A stretch of DNA of 63,570 nucleotides, the filler included, from Octopus bimaculoides (lineage: Eukaryota), in assembly GCF_001194135.2 (NCBI RefSeq). It is 3 parts of 2 records of this genome, joined end to end, with 100 filler letters (N's around TTAATTAATTAA, not from the genome) between each part and the next. Parts side by side here need not be neighbours in the genome. Positions count along the whole stretch, not along the records: positions 1 to 25,341 come from NC_068995.1; 2 more parts are not named here. The stretch is one strand, 5' to 3'. The number at the start of each line of letters is the position of its first letter. The first letter of the stretch is position 1. The notes below the pieces were generated by a model. It made no database searches. It was not told the DNA's origin and saw nothing but the letters and a program-made list of their open reading frames with translations. Both the position numbers and the translations under genes were made by a program. Positions 1-13,490 of this stretch are shown one piece after another.

Positions 1-300
1 TGTGTATATATATATATATGTGTATATATATATATATGTGTATATATATATATATGTGTATATATATATATATGTGTATATATATATATATGTGTATATA
101 TATATATATGTGTATATGTATATATATGTGTGTATATGTGTATATATGTGTGTATATGTGTATATATATGTGTATGTGTATGTATATATATGTGTATGTG
201 TATGTATATATATATGTACATATTACATATATATGTATATATTCTATATCTATATATTATATGTATGTATATCATATATGTATATATGTAAATATTATAT
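1..300. repeat. (TA)n/(TG)n compound microsatellite with an 18-bp higher-order unit
   Basis: tgtgtatatatatatata repeated, then decaying. Confidence 0.95.
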
Positions 301-819
301 ATCGATATCAATAATGATTATATGGAATGCAGCATAGCTGTGAGGTATTTACTGGACCATTCATAAACCACAGGAATATAATTTCAATTGTCACTACAGC
401 GATTGTGTTATTTATTTGAACATAATCCTGCAGCTCTAATTGCTGGCTTTTACAGTAATTGCCTCACTAAGCATGAACCTGACTCTGTTTGCTCTGACTT
501 TCATGGTTGAGCGGTTAGAGTTGGAAGGGCATCCAGCTGTGAAAACAATTACTCCTTGAAATAAACCACCGCATGCATGCAAGCATGGAAAATGGATTTA
601 AAACTGGTAATGATTTAACTTAATATACACACACAGATATACAGATGCACATACAATCTCTAACACAAACCAGCAAACACACACACACGCACGCAAGCAC
701 TGTGTTTTCTGGTATACAGGTCTGCATAGTTTATAGTGTAAACATTGAAATACTGTCCTTATCTTTCCAAATCCTGTTGCATTTCATACTGAATTTTTGG
801 TTTTCCAAAGTCATCTACC

Positions 820-861
<42 letters not shown>

Positions 862-918
862 GACGGGGCTGTAAATTTTGGTTTGAAAAATTCAACTTCT
901 ATGCTAGAAAACATAGTA

Positions 919-1289
919 TGTTGTTGGCACTCCGTCGCTTACGACGTCGAGGGTTCCAGTTGATCCGATCAACGGAACAGCCTGCTCGTGAAATTAACGT
1001 GCAAGTGGCTGAGCACTCCACAGACACGTGTACCCTTAACGTAGTTCTCGGGGATATTCAGTGTGACAAGGCTGGCCCCTTTGTATTACAGGCACAACAG
1101 GAAGAAAGAGTGAGAGGAAGTTGTGGTGAAAGAGTACAGCAGGGTTCACCACCATCCCCTGCTGGAGCCTCGTGGAGCTTTAGGTGTTTTCGCTCAATAA
1201 ACACTCACAACGCCTGGTCTGGGAATCGAAACCGCAATCTTATGACTGCGAGTCCGCTGCCCTAACCACTGGGCCATTGCGCCTCCACT
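919..1289 (-). mobile_element. tRNA-derived SINE (family 1), full length with TSD
   Basis: Minus-strand head gtggaggcgcaatggcccagtggttaggg (A box) and ggtttcgattcc (B box); 12-bp TSD gaaaacatagta at 907-918 and 1290-1301; second copy at about 34820-35203. Confidence 0.88.
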
Positions 1290-3134
1290 GAAAACATAGT
1301 AATATAGAGAAGAAAAGAACTATAAATGGGTGTCCATTGGTATGACTTTTTAAGTCATTCACTCACTGAACTTTGTTCTTGTTGACTTATATCTGACCGA
1401 GTATTTCTCAGATTCTTGTCCCCTTGACATAATGCTCAGCTAGATGACTCAGTGTGTTACCCTGTATAACAAGGCTGGTCAGCCCAGCTCAAGGGTTTCC
1501 ACACACTTTCAGTTACAGCACTCAGGTTGACTCACAACTGTGGTAAAAGATACTTAGCCAAAATGTCTTACAGTAAAGATTGAACCTAGAACCTTGTGAT
1601 TGTAATGTGAACGTCTAAGCCACTTGGTTGCACCTGTGTCCACTACTCCTCCCTAACTTTCTTCTCCAGAGAAATATTTTGCAGGTGGAGAAATAAAACT
1701 ATTGATTAGTAATCTGTGATTTTTAATTATTAGTTAATTAACTTTAACTCATTTGCATATGTTCTGACAAAAGACATGGCTACCTTCACCGGCATTCTCC
1801 TTCCATCTCCTATAATTCCAAAGAAGCCAATAAATTGCTGCGTGTTGTTGGTCTTGTTGGAGCAGACAGGTCACAACCAGACATAGTGCATCTTGGATAA
1901 CACTATTCAGTGTGCTCATTTTTAAGACAGTACAATGAAATCAGAAAGAATGTTTGGCTGCTATTTTTAGCGAGTCAGTTACCCTATAACATTGTACCAT
2001 ATTTTCTGGCACATGAGCCGATGTATATAGAATAGACATAGTGTGAACATTCAAACATTGTTACTTATCTTTCCGAACCCTGGTGAATTTTACAAGGAAT
2101 TCTTGGTCCTCCAAAGTCGACTTGGTGTATAAGTTGACCCACCTCTTTGGTTATAAATTTTAGCCTGAAAAGTTCAACTTGTATGCTTGAAAATACAGTT
2201 TATGTGTATTAGAAGTGTCCTCTACTGTTGACTGTAATAAGAACTATTCTGTACTTTGTTTGTTCTTTCATTCTTGCCTTCACATAGAATTATTGGCACT
2301 CAATCTTTCTTTTGTATCATTAACATTGTTGTATTAAATACACTTAAGTGGGATTTGAATTTTGATCCACAAAACTACATATTAATCCAATTAACTTTTT
2401 AATGCTCCACATATGTTAACACTAAAATTATCTGTTAAACATACCATAGGGTACTTCAATTGATGTTTCTGTAGCTTTAGAGAAGCTTACTCTTGAATGG
2501 TTCTATTTTCATGAGAGAGAGAGAGAGAGAGATCTGTTTCAACAGGTTTCTCTGTGGCTCAATAAAAGTGTGAATCACTCAGGGACTATGACTTTCTAGA
2601 AATTTTTCTCAAATCCCACCCTATCAGATTATGATCTAATGGTTGTGTCTCATGTTTGAGAAAGGTAGTTCTGCAACTTTATGCTTAACAAACTGCACGG
2701 ATGATTTGTTTATAGTGACCAAATGTTTGTACTGCGCATAATCTCACACGACATTGCTATAGGTTACCATAGGTGAATAGAGTGCTGCACATTAGATATC
2801 AAAGTGATTTTAAAGCAATGTGAGATGAATTGTCTTGCTCAAGAACATAGTTCACCACCTGTTCCAGGAATCGAAACCACAATCATGTGATTGTCAGTGC
2901 AACCCTCTAACAGTTAGACCACGTGTCCAGATTACAATAGAAGGAATACAATGTGTAATGTAGTCCTAGATACACATTACTTGAAAATGAAACAAAATGG
3001 TCATAATTGACAAACTTTTGTTCAGGTTTGTTTGATGAGGTTTGAACTGGAGCCAAACAGCATTTTATAAGGAAATGATTATTGTCAACTGCATTGACCT
3101 CCAGTCAGTAACTGGTACTGCCTTACATCACAAT

Positions 3135-3486
3135 AATAACAAGAGCACTCAGAGAGTGCTAAACCTCCGCCAAGGCAACACCAATGTCCTTTCAATGATT
3201 AGCCAGAGAGGATTTTTACAATGAGAATATCTGAATGCTCTCACAAACAAGAATACTAAAAATGAACCCGACCACTCTCAAAAATTTAAGTAAAAAAAAA
3301 AACCGGGAAAATAATCCAGAATCTTTGTCCGGTCCCAAAATCTAATCAGTTTGTGCCAGCCATGAGGCCAAACATCCCTGAAAGTTTCATCCAAATCCAT
3401 CCAGCGGTCCTTGAGATATCTTGTCCATGGACAAACAAACAGGACTGAAAAGAATACTTCTGCTTTCGCTAAGGCAGAGGTAATAA
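3135..3486 (+). mobile_element. Non-autonomous Helentron/DINE-1-like element
   Basis: Subterminal aacctccgccaagg near the 5' end; 3' short palindrome cttctgc..gcagaggtaataa; internal aaagtttcatccaaatccatccagcggt and acaaacaaac tract, as in DINE-like elements. Confidence 0.5.
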
Positions 3487-4470
3487 GGACTTATGGACAT
3501 TGCATGAGCAAGTTACATGTAGGCTCCTGTCTCCGTTGATGCAAATTCACTTTCTTAATGTAAATTATACCCTTAGGAAAGGCATGAACTTCACAATTCC
3601 ATGAAATAGAAGAATTTGGTTTTATCAGAATTAAAAAAAAAAAAGAAAATAATAAAAGCAATTATTTACTAACACGTAAGAAGCATTCTTGCATGAGATG
3701 CATCTTTTATTTTACAAGTATATTTTGTGGAAAACGAAAAATAAATTTGTTTTGTTACATACCTTTTGAAAGATATTTTAAAGTGGTTTTGCTGGGTGAA
3801 GTTCATAATTTGTGCATGTAGATACTACAATGCTTTGACAATAAGCTAGAATAAACTATGAAACTATAAATTTATCATACGTAGACTATGTTAAACGAGT
3901 ATTGTGTTTCGACTTTATCTTTTTCCAGATCAACCCTATTGTTTGTATTTTAGTCAGGAGAATTGCAATACAGGATGTAAAACTTGTATTTTTGGCTGTG
4001 ATGTTTTGTGTTACCATGGCTGGCCACCAAAGTGGTGCATCACTCATATGATTTTGTTGTCATCCATTCATTGCAAACATCTGACAGACGGATGAAAGTT
4101 GAACAGTCCATTCATCTTTCTAGGAGAATTTTCATTTTGATAATTAAAAAAAAAAATGTTTCTCAAAGGTAGCACAGCCATTAGGTAATATAAGACACTT
4201 ATCAGGTGTATGTTTTGCTGGGTAAGGCGGTATAACGAGGTGATTTGATCTCTATGCATAACTGCTGACTCACTATAAGCAATTTTTCTTAAGTTTGAGG
4301 TGACAGACTGAGATAAAGGGACAGGTGTGTATGTAGTCCATTGAATGTCCCGATATATTACTGGTACTTATATGAACTCAGAAATGTCAAGAGTTGACCT
4401 TAAAACATTGCTCTGTGTTTTTTGCTTGCCAACTCACTTCCTGCCCCTTAGAAACAGGGTCAGTATAGAA

Positions 4471-4627
4471 CAGGCATGGGCAACCTTATTTGAGAAGTGA
4501 GCACATAAGACATCATCATCAAGCAGGCTGCTCTACTAAAAAAATTCCAGGTAATTTTTTTGTTGGCATGCCATTCAGAAAGTGCTGTGGGCCCTGCGTC
4601 TTGTGGGCCGTAGTTTACCCTTGACCG
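4471..4627. mobile_element. hAT (Charlie-like) MITE
   Basis: Starts caggcatgggcaacc; degenerate right TIR; 8-bp TSD gtatagaa at 4463-4470 and 4628-4635. Confidence 0.75.
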
Positions 4628-5452
4628 GTATAGAATAACTGAAGAAATGAAATCCATTTATTGTTACAGAAATACTTTTACCTGCCCCTGCCAGCCGCCT
4701 CCCCACTATTAGTAAAAATGGGCTGTAGCTAACGATTGGTTGTGAATCATTGATTTGATTTCTTCAATATTGTTTATGATTAATTTAGTCTTCTTGTTGG
4801 CAAGTGAATATTGGTAGTTGGCCAGTGAAGTCATTATCAACTAGGACAAAAAAAGAAAAAAGAAGAAAAAAAACAACCACCACTGCCAAAAGCATGGACT
4901 CTAAAACTTCTATTATTGAACTGCTGCTATCTTGTGGTCAGACAGATAGATGCTTGCCTCAGCAACCGAACGTTTAGTTAACGTTCTGTTTGTAAAGAAA
5001 GCTTGCTTGCTGTCATTTTTTTTTCTCCCTTTTAATGCATTTGTGAGTGTATGTGTGCATGTGTGGTCTAGCGGTCAGCATGTGGCACATTGTGTTCTTA
5101 AGAAAATCACTTCATTTCAAGAGGGTGACACTGTAACCCTGTTGCTTTTCAGTTAACCCTGCAGATACACCAGGCTTACCAACATGGTTCCATCAGAAAT
5201 GTGTTCTTTGAGACGACATACAACTACCCCAGCTGGCCCCTTTTTTTCAGTCTTATCGTTTACCTTTTACTTGATTCAGTCATTGGGTTTACGGCCAAGT
5301 TGGGGTACTGTTTTGAAGGTTTCAGTCAAAGAAATCGGCCCCAGTACTTACTTTTAGATCTGGTGCTTACTCAGTCAAACTTTTGGTCAACCACTAAGTT
5401 ACTGGGATGTAAACAAACCAACATTGGTTCTCAAGCAGTGGCAGAGGACAAA

Positions 5453-5496
<44 letters not shown>

Positions 5497-5819
5497 CATT
5501 TATGTATATAAACATGACATGATAGGCTTCCACACAGTTTCTGTCTACCAGATTCGCTCACAACGTATTAAACAGCCTGGGGCCATAGGAGGAATTTGCC
5601 GAAGGTGCTGCGCAGTGGGACTGAACCCAAACCCATGTGATTGCGTAGCAAGCTTCTTAAGCACACAGACATGCTTATATACTAGTCTTTTGAAAACACA
5701 CACACACAAAATTAATTGTAGCTGTAAGCCTGTTGTCAGTGAGTTTAATCTTTTTCCAGTCACTGTGAACTGGTTTGTACTCTATATTTGTACTCTGTAT
5801 ACAACTTTACCATTGCAGC

Positions 5820-6011
5820 TACTACTATTGATAGAACCACCGCTACCACCACCTGCACTACATCACTACTGCCATCACCACAACCACCAAACTACTGCCA
5901 TCACCACAACCACCAAACTACTGCCATCACCACAACCACCAAACTACTGCCATCACCACAACCTCCACTACCACTGACATCACCACAACCTTTGCTACCA
6001 CTGACATCACC
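5820..6011. repeat. (ACC/ACT)-derived minisatellite, 26-bp unit, running into an N gap
   Basis: caccacaaccaccaaactactgccat repeated about 3 times. Confidence 0.85.
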
Positions 6012-6913
6012 NNNNNNNNNNNNNNNNNNNNNNNNNNNNNNNNNNNNNNNNNNNNNNNNNNNNNNNNNNNNNNNNNNNNNNNNNNNNNNNNNNNNNNNNN
6101 NNNNNNNNNNNNNNNNNNNNNNNNNNNNNNNNNNNNNNNNNNNNNNNNNNNNNNNNNNNNNNNNNNNNNNNNNNNNNNNNNNNNNNNNNNNNNNNNNNNN
6201 NNNNNNNNNNNNNNNNNNNNNNNNNNNNNNNNNNNNNNNNNNNNNNNNNNNNNNNNNNNNNNNNNNNNNNNNNNNNNNNNNNNNNNNNNNNNNNNNNNNN
6301 NNNNNNNNNNNNNNNNNNNNNNNNNNNNNNNNNNNNNNNNNNNNNNNNNNNNNNNNNNNNNNNNNNNNNNNNNNNNNNNNNNNNNNNNNNNNNNNNNNNN
6401 NNNNNNNNNNNNNNNNNNNNNNNNNNNNNNNNNNNNNNNNNNNNNNNNNNNNNNNNNNNNNNNNNNNNNNNNNNNNNNNNNNNNNNNNNNNNNNNNNNNN
6501 NNNNNNNNNNNNNNNNNNNNNNNNNNNNNNNNNNNNNNNNNNNNNNNNNNNNNNNNNNNNNNNNNNNNNNNNNNNNNNNNNNNNNNNNNNNNNNNNNNNN
6601 NNNNNNNNNNNNNNNNNNNNNNNNNNNNNNNNNNNNNNNNNNNNNNNNNNNNNNNNNNNNNNNNNNNNNNNNNNNNNNNNNNNNNNNNNNNNNNNNNNNN
6701 NNNNNNNNNNNNNNNNNNNNNNNNNNNNNNNNNNNNNNNNNNNNNNNNNNNNNNNNNNNNNNNNNNNNNNNNNNNNNNNNNNNNNNNNNNNNNNNNNNNN
6801 NNNNNNNNNNNNNNNNNNNNNNNNNNNNNNNNNNNNNNNNNNNNNNNNNNNNNNNNNNNNNNNNNNNNNNNNNNNNNNNNNNNNNNNNNNNNNNNNNNNN
6901 NNNNNNNNNNNNN

Positions 6914-6946
<33 letters not shown>

Positions 6947-8391
6947 AAAGAAGCCATTGTATGTGTGTGTCTGTATATATATATATATATATATATTAGT
7001 TAAAATTTATAAGAAACAAAAGACGAAGACAGGTGTATGAACAATGAGCAAGTGTAATTAGTTTGACGCTCGGGAAAAACGAAACAGTCTTTAACGTTTT
7101 GAGCCTATGCTCTTCAGCAGAAAGAAATGAGAGAAAATAAACAGAGAGAGAATGAAAAAAAAACTTGTAGATTTCAGTGGTCCATTACGACACTCTGTAT
7201 ATACAAACCAGTCTGCAGAAGTTTGTTGGCCTTACTAAGGGCATCCTGCTGTAGAAACCGTGCCACAACTGAGACGTTGCTACACAACGTGTTAGATTCT
7301 GTTGAACCTTCCAGCCCATGCCAGCATGGAACGGGGATGTAAAATGATGATAATGATGTGTGTGTGTGTGTGTGTGTGTATTGGTCTCTTCTTTAGCTTG
7401 TATTGCTTGTTAGCGGTACTGGTAGTGGTGGTCTTAGCACTGCTGCTGTTGTTGTTTGCCTTCTTCCTGCTGTTGTTACTGTTGCTGCTGGTGTTCCTAT
7501 TTCTTTTCGTTATTGCTGCCGTTGTAGGTATTGTTTGTTTATTACGATTGTTGTTGTTGTTGCTGCTGCTGCCTGACTCTTGTTACACATGATGTCCCAC
7601 AGAAATTAGTTTCCAGACTAATTATATTCTTTCTCACTTAGAAAATGTAGTTAATTACAGAGGCTCATTTACGAGAAGGAAAATCTAGTAGTTTATCGGA
7701 GTGGCACTTTGTTTCTATTCAGTACACATACACACGACTGTATATACATACTTGTGTACACACACAAGCACATACACATGCACACACACACACACACGTG
7801 TGTGTGTGTGTAGTATGGTCCATCTGTTGTCTGTGAACCTTGTGACATGTTTGGTCCATTGGAACTTGTGCTTTTGGTATTCTGTGACAACGACATTCAC
7901 TCTACACTGTTCTTGAATTACTCCATTTGGGATATGCTTTCGCAATGATATTCCTAAATGTGGGTCTTTCCATGACCCTTTGAGTCATAGCCAATCGGTG
8001 TTCTTCCCTCGTTGTAGCAGTCCATGTCTCTCACTTGCATTTAAGAGAACTGATAGGCTGATGCTATTGAAGAGACTGGCATGTAGGGTCAAGTCCAAGC
8101 TTTGTGTTGAGCACATTTTCTATTGCTGAGTGGTATCCAAGAGACCGAGAAAGGCCATTCAGAAGGTCTCCATGTCAACAGTACTTTATAGTAAAGATTG
8201 GAGTGGTTGGCATTAGGAAGGGCATCCAGCTGTAGAAACACTGTCAGATCAGATTGGAGTCTGGTGCAGCCTCCTGGCTTCCCAGACCCCAGCTCTCCAG
8301 CTGGCCAACCCCATGTCAAACCGTCCAACCCATGCCAGCATGGAAAACAGACATTAAACGATGATGATGATGATGATGTATGTATTTTTTT

Positions 8392-8587
8392 GCTTTCATT
8401 TGTTTCAGTCCTTTGACTGCGGCCATGCTGGAGCACCGCCTTTAGTCAAACAAATCAACCCTTTGACTTATTCTTTGTAAGCCCAGTACTTATCTTATTG
8501 ACCTCTTTTGCCGAACTGCTAAGTTACCGGGACATAAACATGCCATCCTCGGTTGTCAAGCGATGGTGGCGGGACAAACACACACAA

Positions 8588-8622
<35 letters not shown>

Positions 8623-8764
8623 GTTTCCCATCTACCAAATCCACTCACATGGCTTTGGTCGGCCTGAGGCTATTGTAGAAGACACTTACCCAAGGTGCCA
8701 CACAGTGGAACTGAACCCTGACCATGTGGTTTGTAAGCAAGCTACTTACCACACAGCCACTCCT
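8392..8764 (-). mobile_element. tRNA-derived SINE (family 2, with central (TA/CA)n tract)
   Basis: Head ggagtggctgtgtggtaagtagcttgc...ggttcagttcc; tail aaaggcggtgctccagcatggccgcagtc. Other copies at about 24955-25341, 26270-26676, 33785-34215 (+), 48005-48380, with partial copies near 5520, 13957, 21290, 27570, 39750, 40210, 42490 and 58570. Confidence 0.88.
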
Positions 8765-8803
8765 GTGCCTATATATATGTATATATATATACATGCACAC
8801 ACA

Positions 8804-8852
<49 letters not shown>

Positions 8853-9562
8853 AAGACAGGTGGCTGAATATATTGGTAGGTTGGTCGTGTGTGTGTATGT
8901 ACAGTGTGGTATATGTATATTAATGTGTAACATAAATAGGAGATTGCTAATTGAAATTAACAGAAATTAACTGTGTCGGTCAATTGACGACCTTGGGCTG
9001 ACTTGAAAGAGGAATTGAATGAAAGCATAATTCAGAAATGTTTATTCTGGTTTGGATTAACCATACATATAAACAAACACTCCCACTTATTCATCTATCT
9101 GTTTATCTGTATATCTATATATCTAGTCAATTATATGTCTAATTATCTGTCTGTCTGCCTGCCTGTCTGGCTGTCTGACTACCTATCTGTCTCTCTACAT
9201 ATCTGTCTCTCTATCTATCTTCCTGTCTACCTGTCTACTTTTCTGCTGGCCTGTCTATCTGTCTGTCTCTCTATATCTGTCTGTCTGTCTATATCTGTCT
9301 GTTTATCTCTATCTATCTATCTATATCTATCTCTATATCTATGTCTATATGTCTGTATATATATATATATATCTGTCTATATATATATATCTGTCTATAT
9401 ATATATATCTGTCTATATATATATATCTATATATCTATCTCTATCTATATCTATCCGTCTATCTATATCTATCTGTCTGTCTATATCTGTCTATCTTTCT
9501 ATCTATATATGTCTACCTGTGTGTCTGTCTGTCTATCTGTCTATCCATTTAATGCACACACG

Positions 9563-9606
<44 letters not shown>

Positions 9607-9923
9607 TTTGTGTGTGTGTGTGTGTGTAAATGTAGTGTTGTGTTTATCCAGGAGTATCTTATAATTTTGTATTTGCTGCGATTTACTTATTCATCTTTTA
9701 GATTTCATTTCCATTTATGTTCCAAGACAGTCTTAGCTCATTATCGTCATTGTCTAATTACTTGATCAATGTTTACTTTAGCAATATTTAAATTACTCGT
9801 TTACATCCTTTTGTGAACCCAGATTTTAACAAATATTTCTTTTTAATTTGTATGTTTTCTACAGAATTTAAAGCTTTTTGTGAGGAACTTTTTGGTATCC
9901 CAAACTCTCTTCAGTTTTCATCC

Positions 9924-10142
9924 CAGGGACGGACTGAGCTGTCGGTCAATCGGGTACTGCCCGAGGGCCCTGAGTTCTGAGGGGCCCCCACTCTACATGT
10001 TAACTCTTTTTGATATCAATGCTAAGGGGCCTGGACCTCTGAGGGGCTTGCACTCTACATGTTGACTCCCTTTGATGTCAATGCTAAAAGGCCCAGTGAA
10101 CAGTTATGCCCAAGGGCCCTTAATATTCTCAGTCTGCCCCTG
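9924..10142. mobile_element. hAT-type MITE with an internal ~62-bp tandem repeat
   Basis: TIRs cagggacggactgag / ctcagtctgcccctg; perfect 8-bp TSD tttcatcc at 9916-9923 and 10143-10150. Confidence 0.85.
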
Positions 10143-10435
10143 TTTCATCCCCTGTCAACAATGACATTAAAAGCGCTGATGATGGGGCCACGTAAAAAGT
10201 ATTTAGTACTCTCTGTAAAGTGGTTGGCACTAGGAAGGGTATCCAACCAAGACAGTAGAACATGGTGTTGCCACTGGCCTTGCCAGTTCTTGTCAAGCCG
10301 TCCAACCCATGCCAGCATGGAAAATGGATGTTAAATGTTGGTGATGATGATGATGATATCCTAATCTATCTTGATTTTTATTATTATTATTTATTTTTCT
10401 TATTTTGTTTGTGTTTCTAGAGTCATCCCTCCAAA

Positions 10436-10560
10436 ATGGCCACAGTGGGAGAACAAATTCAGATTAGCAGTCACACAGTGGACAAGGTCACCAAGGCCAA
10501 AGTGACCTTGGAAAATTACTATACCAACCTGCTTATGCAACATGAAGAGCGGGAAATACG
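10436..10560 (+). CDS. STK38: NDR/tricornered (STK38/STK38L-like) Ser/Thr kinase, first coding exon: MATVGEQIQISSHTVDKVTKAKVTLENYYTNLLMQHEEREI(R)
   Basis: Manual translation matches the NDR N-terminal regulatory region (human STK38 KERVTMTKVTLENFYSNLIAQHEERE). Acceptor tttctag ends at 10420, ATG at 10436, donor CG|gtaagc at 10561 (phase 2). Not in the ORF track because it is short. Confidence 0.92.
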
Positions 10561-10724
10561 GTAAGCCATAGTTTTAATGCAAATGTCAGTTTTTTTGTTG
10601 TTTTTTTTTTGTTTTTTTATTTCCTTACAATTTTCCTCTTTTAAAAACAGAACACATAAATAACCAGAACATAGAATTAGACAGCAAAGAAACTTATTCT
10701 GTTTGATAACTACAAGTGATAAGG

Positions 10725-10804
<80 letters not shown>

Positions 10805-11560
10805 CATACACGCACACATACACATTATTTTGAAATATGGCTGTGAGTTTAATTTTTGAATAGTTTTTCCTGTTTTTGGTTTTGTTTTGTGTTAAGTTTA
10901 GAACAGAAAAACTTTCAAAACTCCTCATTATTGTAAAAATGTTTTCAGTCCCGTCTTCAGAATGCGGTAGATGTTAGCGGAGGTTTTCATTGTAGGCGGT
11001 GAGGATGATGAGCTTGTGGTTGTGATTGATGGTGTTTGTCATTGCCTACATATACCCTTAAGTCTTTGATGTCAAAAAGTTTGGCTTTTTTTTTTGTATC
11101 TTGGGAGGGTCATTATGCCAATAATAAACACAAGCACTGGTTCAATTTCACTTCTTTATCACTCTTCACTTAGTTAGCTATTTGACCAATTAACTAATTA
11201 GTTGTTTGATTAATCATTCAGTTAATCAATCAATCAGTTTGTTGCGTTTGCCAAAACCCTTTCATCCTGTAGTAGACACAATATATCATTGAACTCATGA
11301 ATGGGGGAGGGGGAACTCTATATGGTTGCTTAACTGCTAGACATAGCAGGTGGATCTCCCTCAGATGACATCTGCCACTAATGTAGTCCCAGATACACCT
11401 CCGAAAAGACAGAGTGGTTATGGACTGGAATGTTTTTGATCTCAACAGTCTGTTTGGTCAGAGCTGACTTGGAGACAAAACAACAACAACAACGAGAGGT
11501 CATCTTCAGTCTGTAGTTCTTCTGAGCTGCCTTGCTTCATAGAAACTGTAATGATAAAGG

Positions 11561-11791
11561 GGGCGAGCTGGCAGAAACGTTAGCACGCCGGGCGAAATAC
11601 TTAGTGGTATTTCGTCTGCCGTGACGTTCTGAGTTCAAATTCTGCCGAGGTCCACTTTGCCTTTCATCCTTTTGGGGTTGATAAAATAAGTACCAGTTAC
11701 GCACTGGGGTCGATGTAGTCGACTTAATTCCTTTGTCTGTCTTTGTTTGTCCCCTCTATGTTTAGCCCCTTGTGGGCAATAAAGAAATAAG
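11561..11791 (+). mobile_element. tRNA-derived SINE (family 3)
   Basis: ggcgagctggcagaaacgttagcacgccgggcgaaat...gagttcaaattc (B box-like)...aaagaaata. Other copies at about 17270-17690, 20775-20960 and 56592-56895 (+), and 30410-30830, 40390-40580 and 56380-56525 (-). Confidence 0.85.
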
Positions 11792-13204
11792 AAACTGTAA
11801 TGATGTTGAAATCTTCAGTGTTGTCTCTACACTCTGATGACGATTAGGTCAAGTGTTGAATCCCTGACCACACGCAGAAGAGGGATTGGGTCATTCCTTT
11901 AGTCCTAGTACTACTTCAGATGGTCTCCCTAGTGCTGATGGTGTTAAAATTACCAAACCTTGTGGTAGAGCTGTTTGTGTTAGGAAGAGCATCCATCTGT
12001 GGAAACTCTGACCTACACTATAAAAAAAAATTAGTAGTTTTTCTCTGTCGTCTTGTGTAACGATGGACTGAAAAAAAAGAAAGTGGGTGGTCACTGTATG
12101 GCTATGGATCTGTCCAAGCCATGCCAGCATAAAAAAAGTGGCTTTAAAACCATGATGATGGCAGTTAGAGTGGTTGCTGTGGTGACAGTGGTCGTGGTTA
12201 CGACAGTAACGCTGTTACATGTTTACACTGGACTAAAAGAATGGGAAACTTTGAAACTTTGTTTTAATTTGCCTTGGTGTGTGTGTGTGTGTTTTCTATA
12301 TTTTTACTTTGGTGTGACTAACAGTGTGTAGGTATGTGGGTGTGCAGGGGTGGCGGTAGGGTTGGTGGTGGTGGGTGTGTGTGTGATAAGGTAGAAGCGC
12401 AAGAATGTAAGCTGGCAGAATCGGTCATCTATTGTTGTTGAAGGTCCATTTCCATATGAGTAGGACACGGCAAACAGTGATAAAGTGAAGTTACACTTAT
12501 GTGTGTTTTGGGGTGAGCTTCAAACACAACCTCAACAGAGGGAAAAAAACACAAAAAAACCCCCCAAAAATTATATAAGACATTATACAAGAGCTTTTAA
12601 CATTGCGATATATATACACACACACACACACATATATTTTATGTATATACTCATACATACACACGTGTGTGTTTGTGTGTCTGTTTGCATAATCTAGACA
12701 TATATGCATAAATACACAGTGATCCACAAGTCAACATTTGAACACGCTTTACAGGCACACATACATCTATACATCGAGTTATTTTTTCCCCTTTCTTTGG
12801 TTTTCTCTCCTCTCGTCCCCCTGTCTTCCACCACCACCCGCACTGCAATCCTTTCCACCACCACCCATACCCTACCAACCGTTCCATCACTATCACTCCT
12901 CCACCACCACCACCACCACCACCACCACCATTTCCACAATCGTAATATATTCTCATCACCGTTTATTGTTATTGTGAATCTTTATAGTAACTGACATCGA
13001 CTGTAGTTCTTCATATGACTCATCTCTTTTCTTCCTCATGAGTCATCTTTGAAACAACCAATGAGCTTTAAGAATGTTACTGGTTCCTCTTTGGAATTGG
13101 TTAGTTCTCCATAGTGGTTCTCTTTATATTCATTCCATTATTCGTCTGCACTGCAATAGCAGTTGATTAGTTCCACGTCTTAATAAGTATTTCATATCTT
13201 ATGC

Positions 13205-13490
13205 TACTGGTGGTACACTGGTGGGTTGTGACATTAGTGTGACATGCTGGCATGTCGTAACACACTGGTGTGTCATAGCATGCTGGTGTGTTGTGACATG
13301 TTAGTGTGTCATGGCACATTATTATGGTACATTGGTGTGCTGTGACACGCTGGTGAGTCGTGACACGCTGGTAGGTTGTGGCACACTCATGTTATAGAAC
13401 ACTGGTGCTTCGGAACGCGCTGGTGTGTCATGGCATGTTGGTGCATGCGTAGTGGCACATTTGTGCATTGTGAAAGACTGGTGTGCTGCA
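13205..13490. repeat. Diverged ~19-bp minisatellite
   Basis: Repeated acactggtgtgtcatagcatg-like units. Confidence 0.7.

Noticed and set aside
2-337. Long YI/CV/HT/LS-rich ORFs here and throughout the track (e.g. 9003-9664, 18565-18925, 43567-44375, 59527-60614, 60884-61321)
   Set aside because: Translations of (TA)n, (CA)n, (GA)n and (AAT)n microsatellites; no coding signal.
645-1265. 206-aa ORF
   Set aside because: Runs through a poly-T tract and the antisense strand of a SINE.
919-1289. tRNA genes suggested by A/B-box motifs in the SINE heads
   Set aside because: The heads continue into shared SINE bodies and lack complete cloverleaf 3' halves.
4935-5042. Possible STK38 5' UTR exon ending at ttt|gtgagt
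   Set aside because: Only a donor-like motif supports it; it cannot be distinguished from background without transcripts.
5788-6999. Very long ORFs spanning X runs (also 41593-42222, 47251-47880, 57255-58008)
   Set aside because: Open only because N gaps contain no stop codons.
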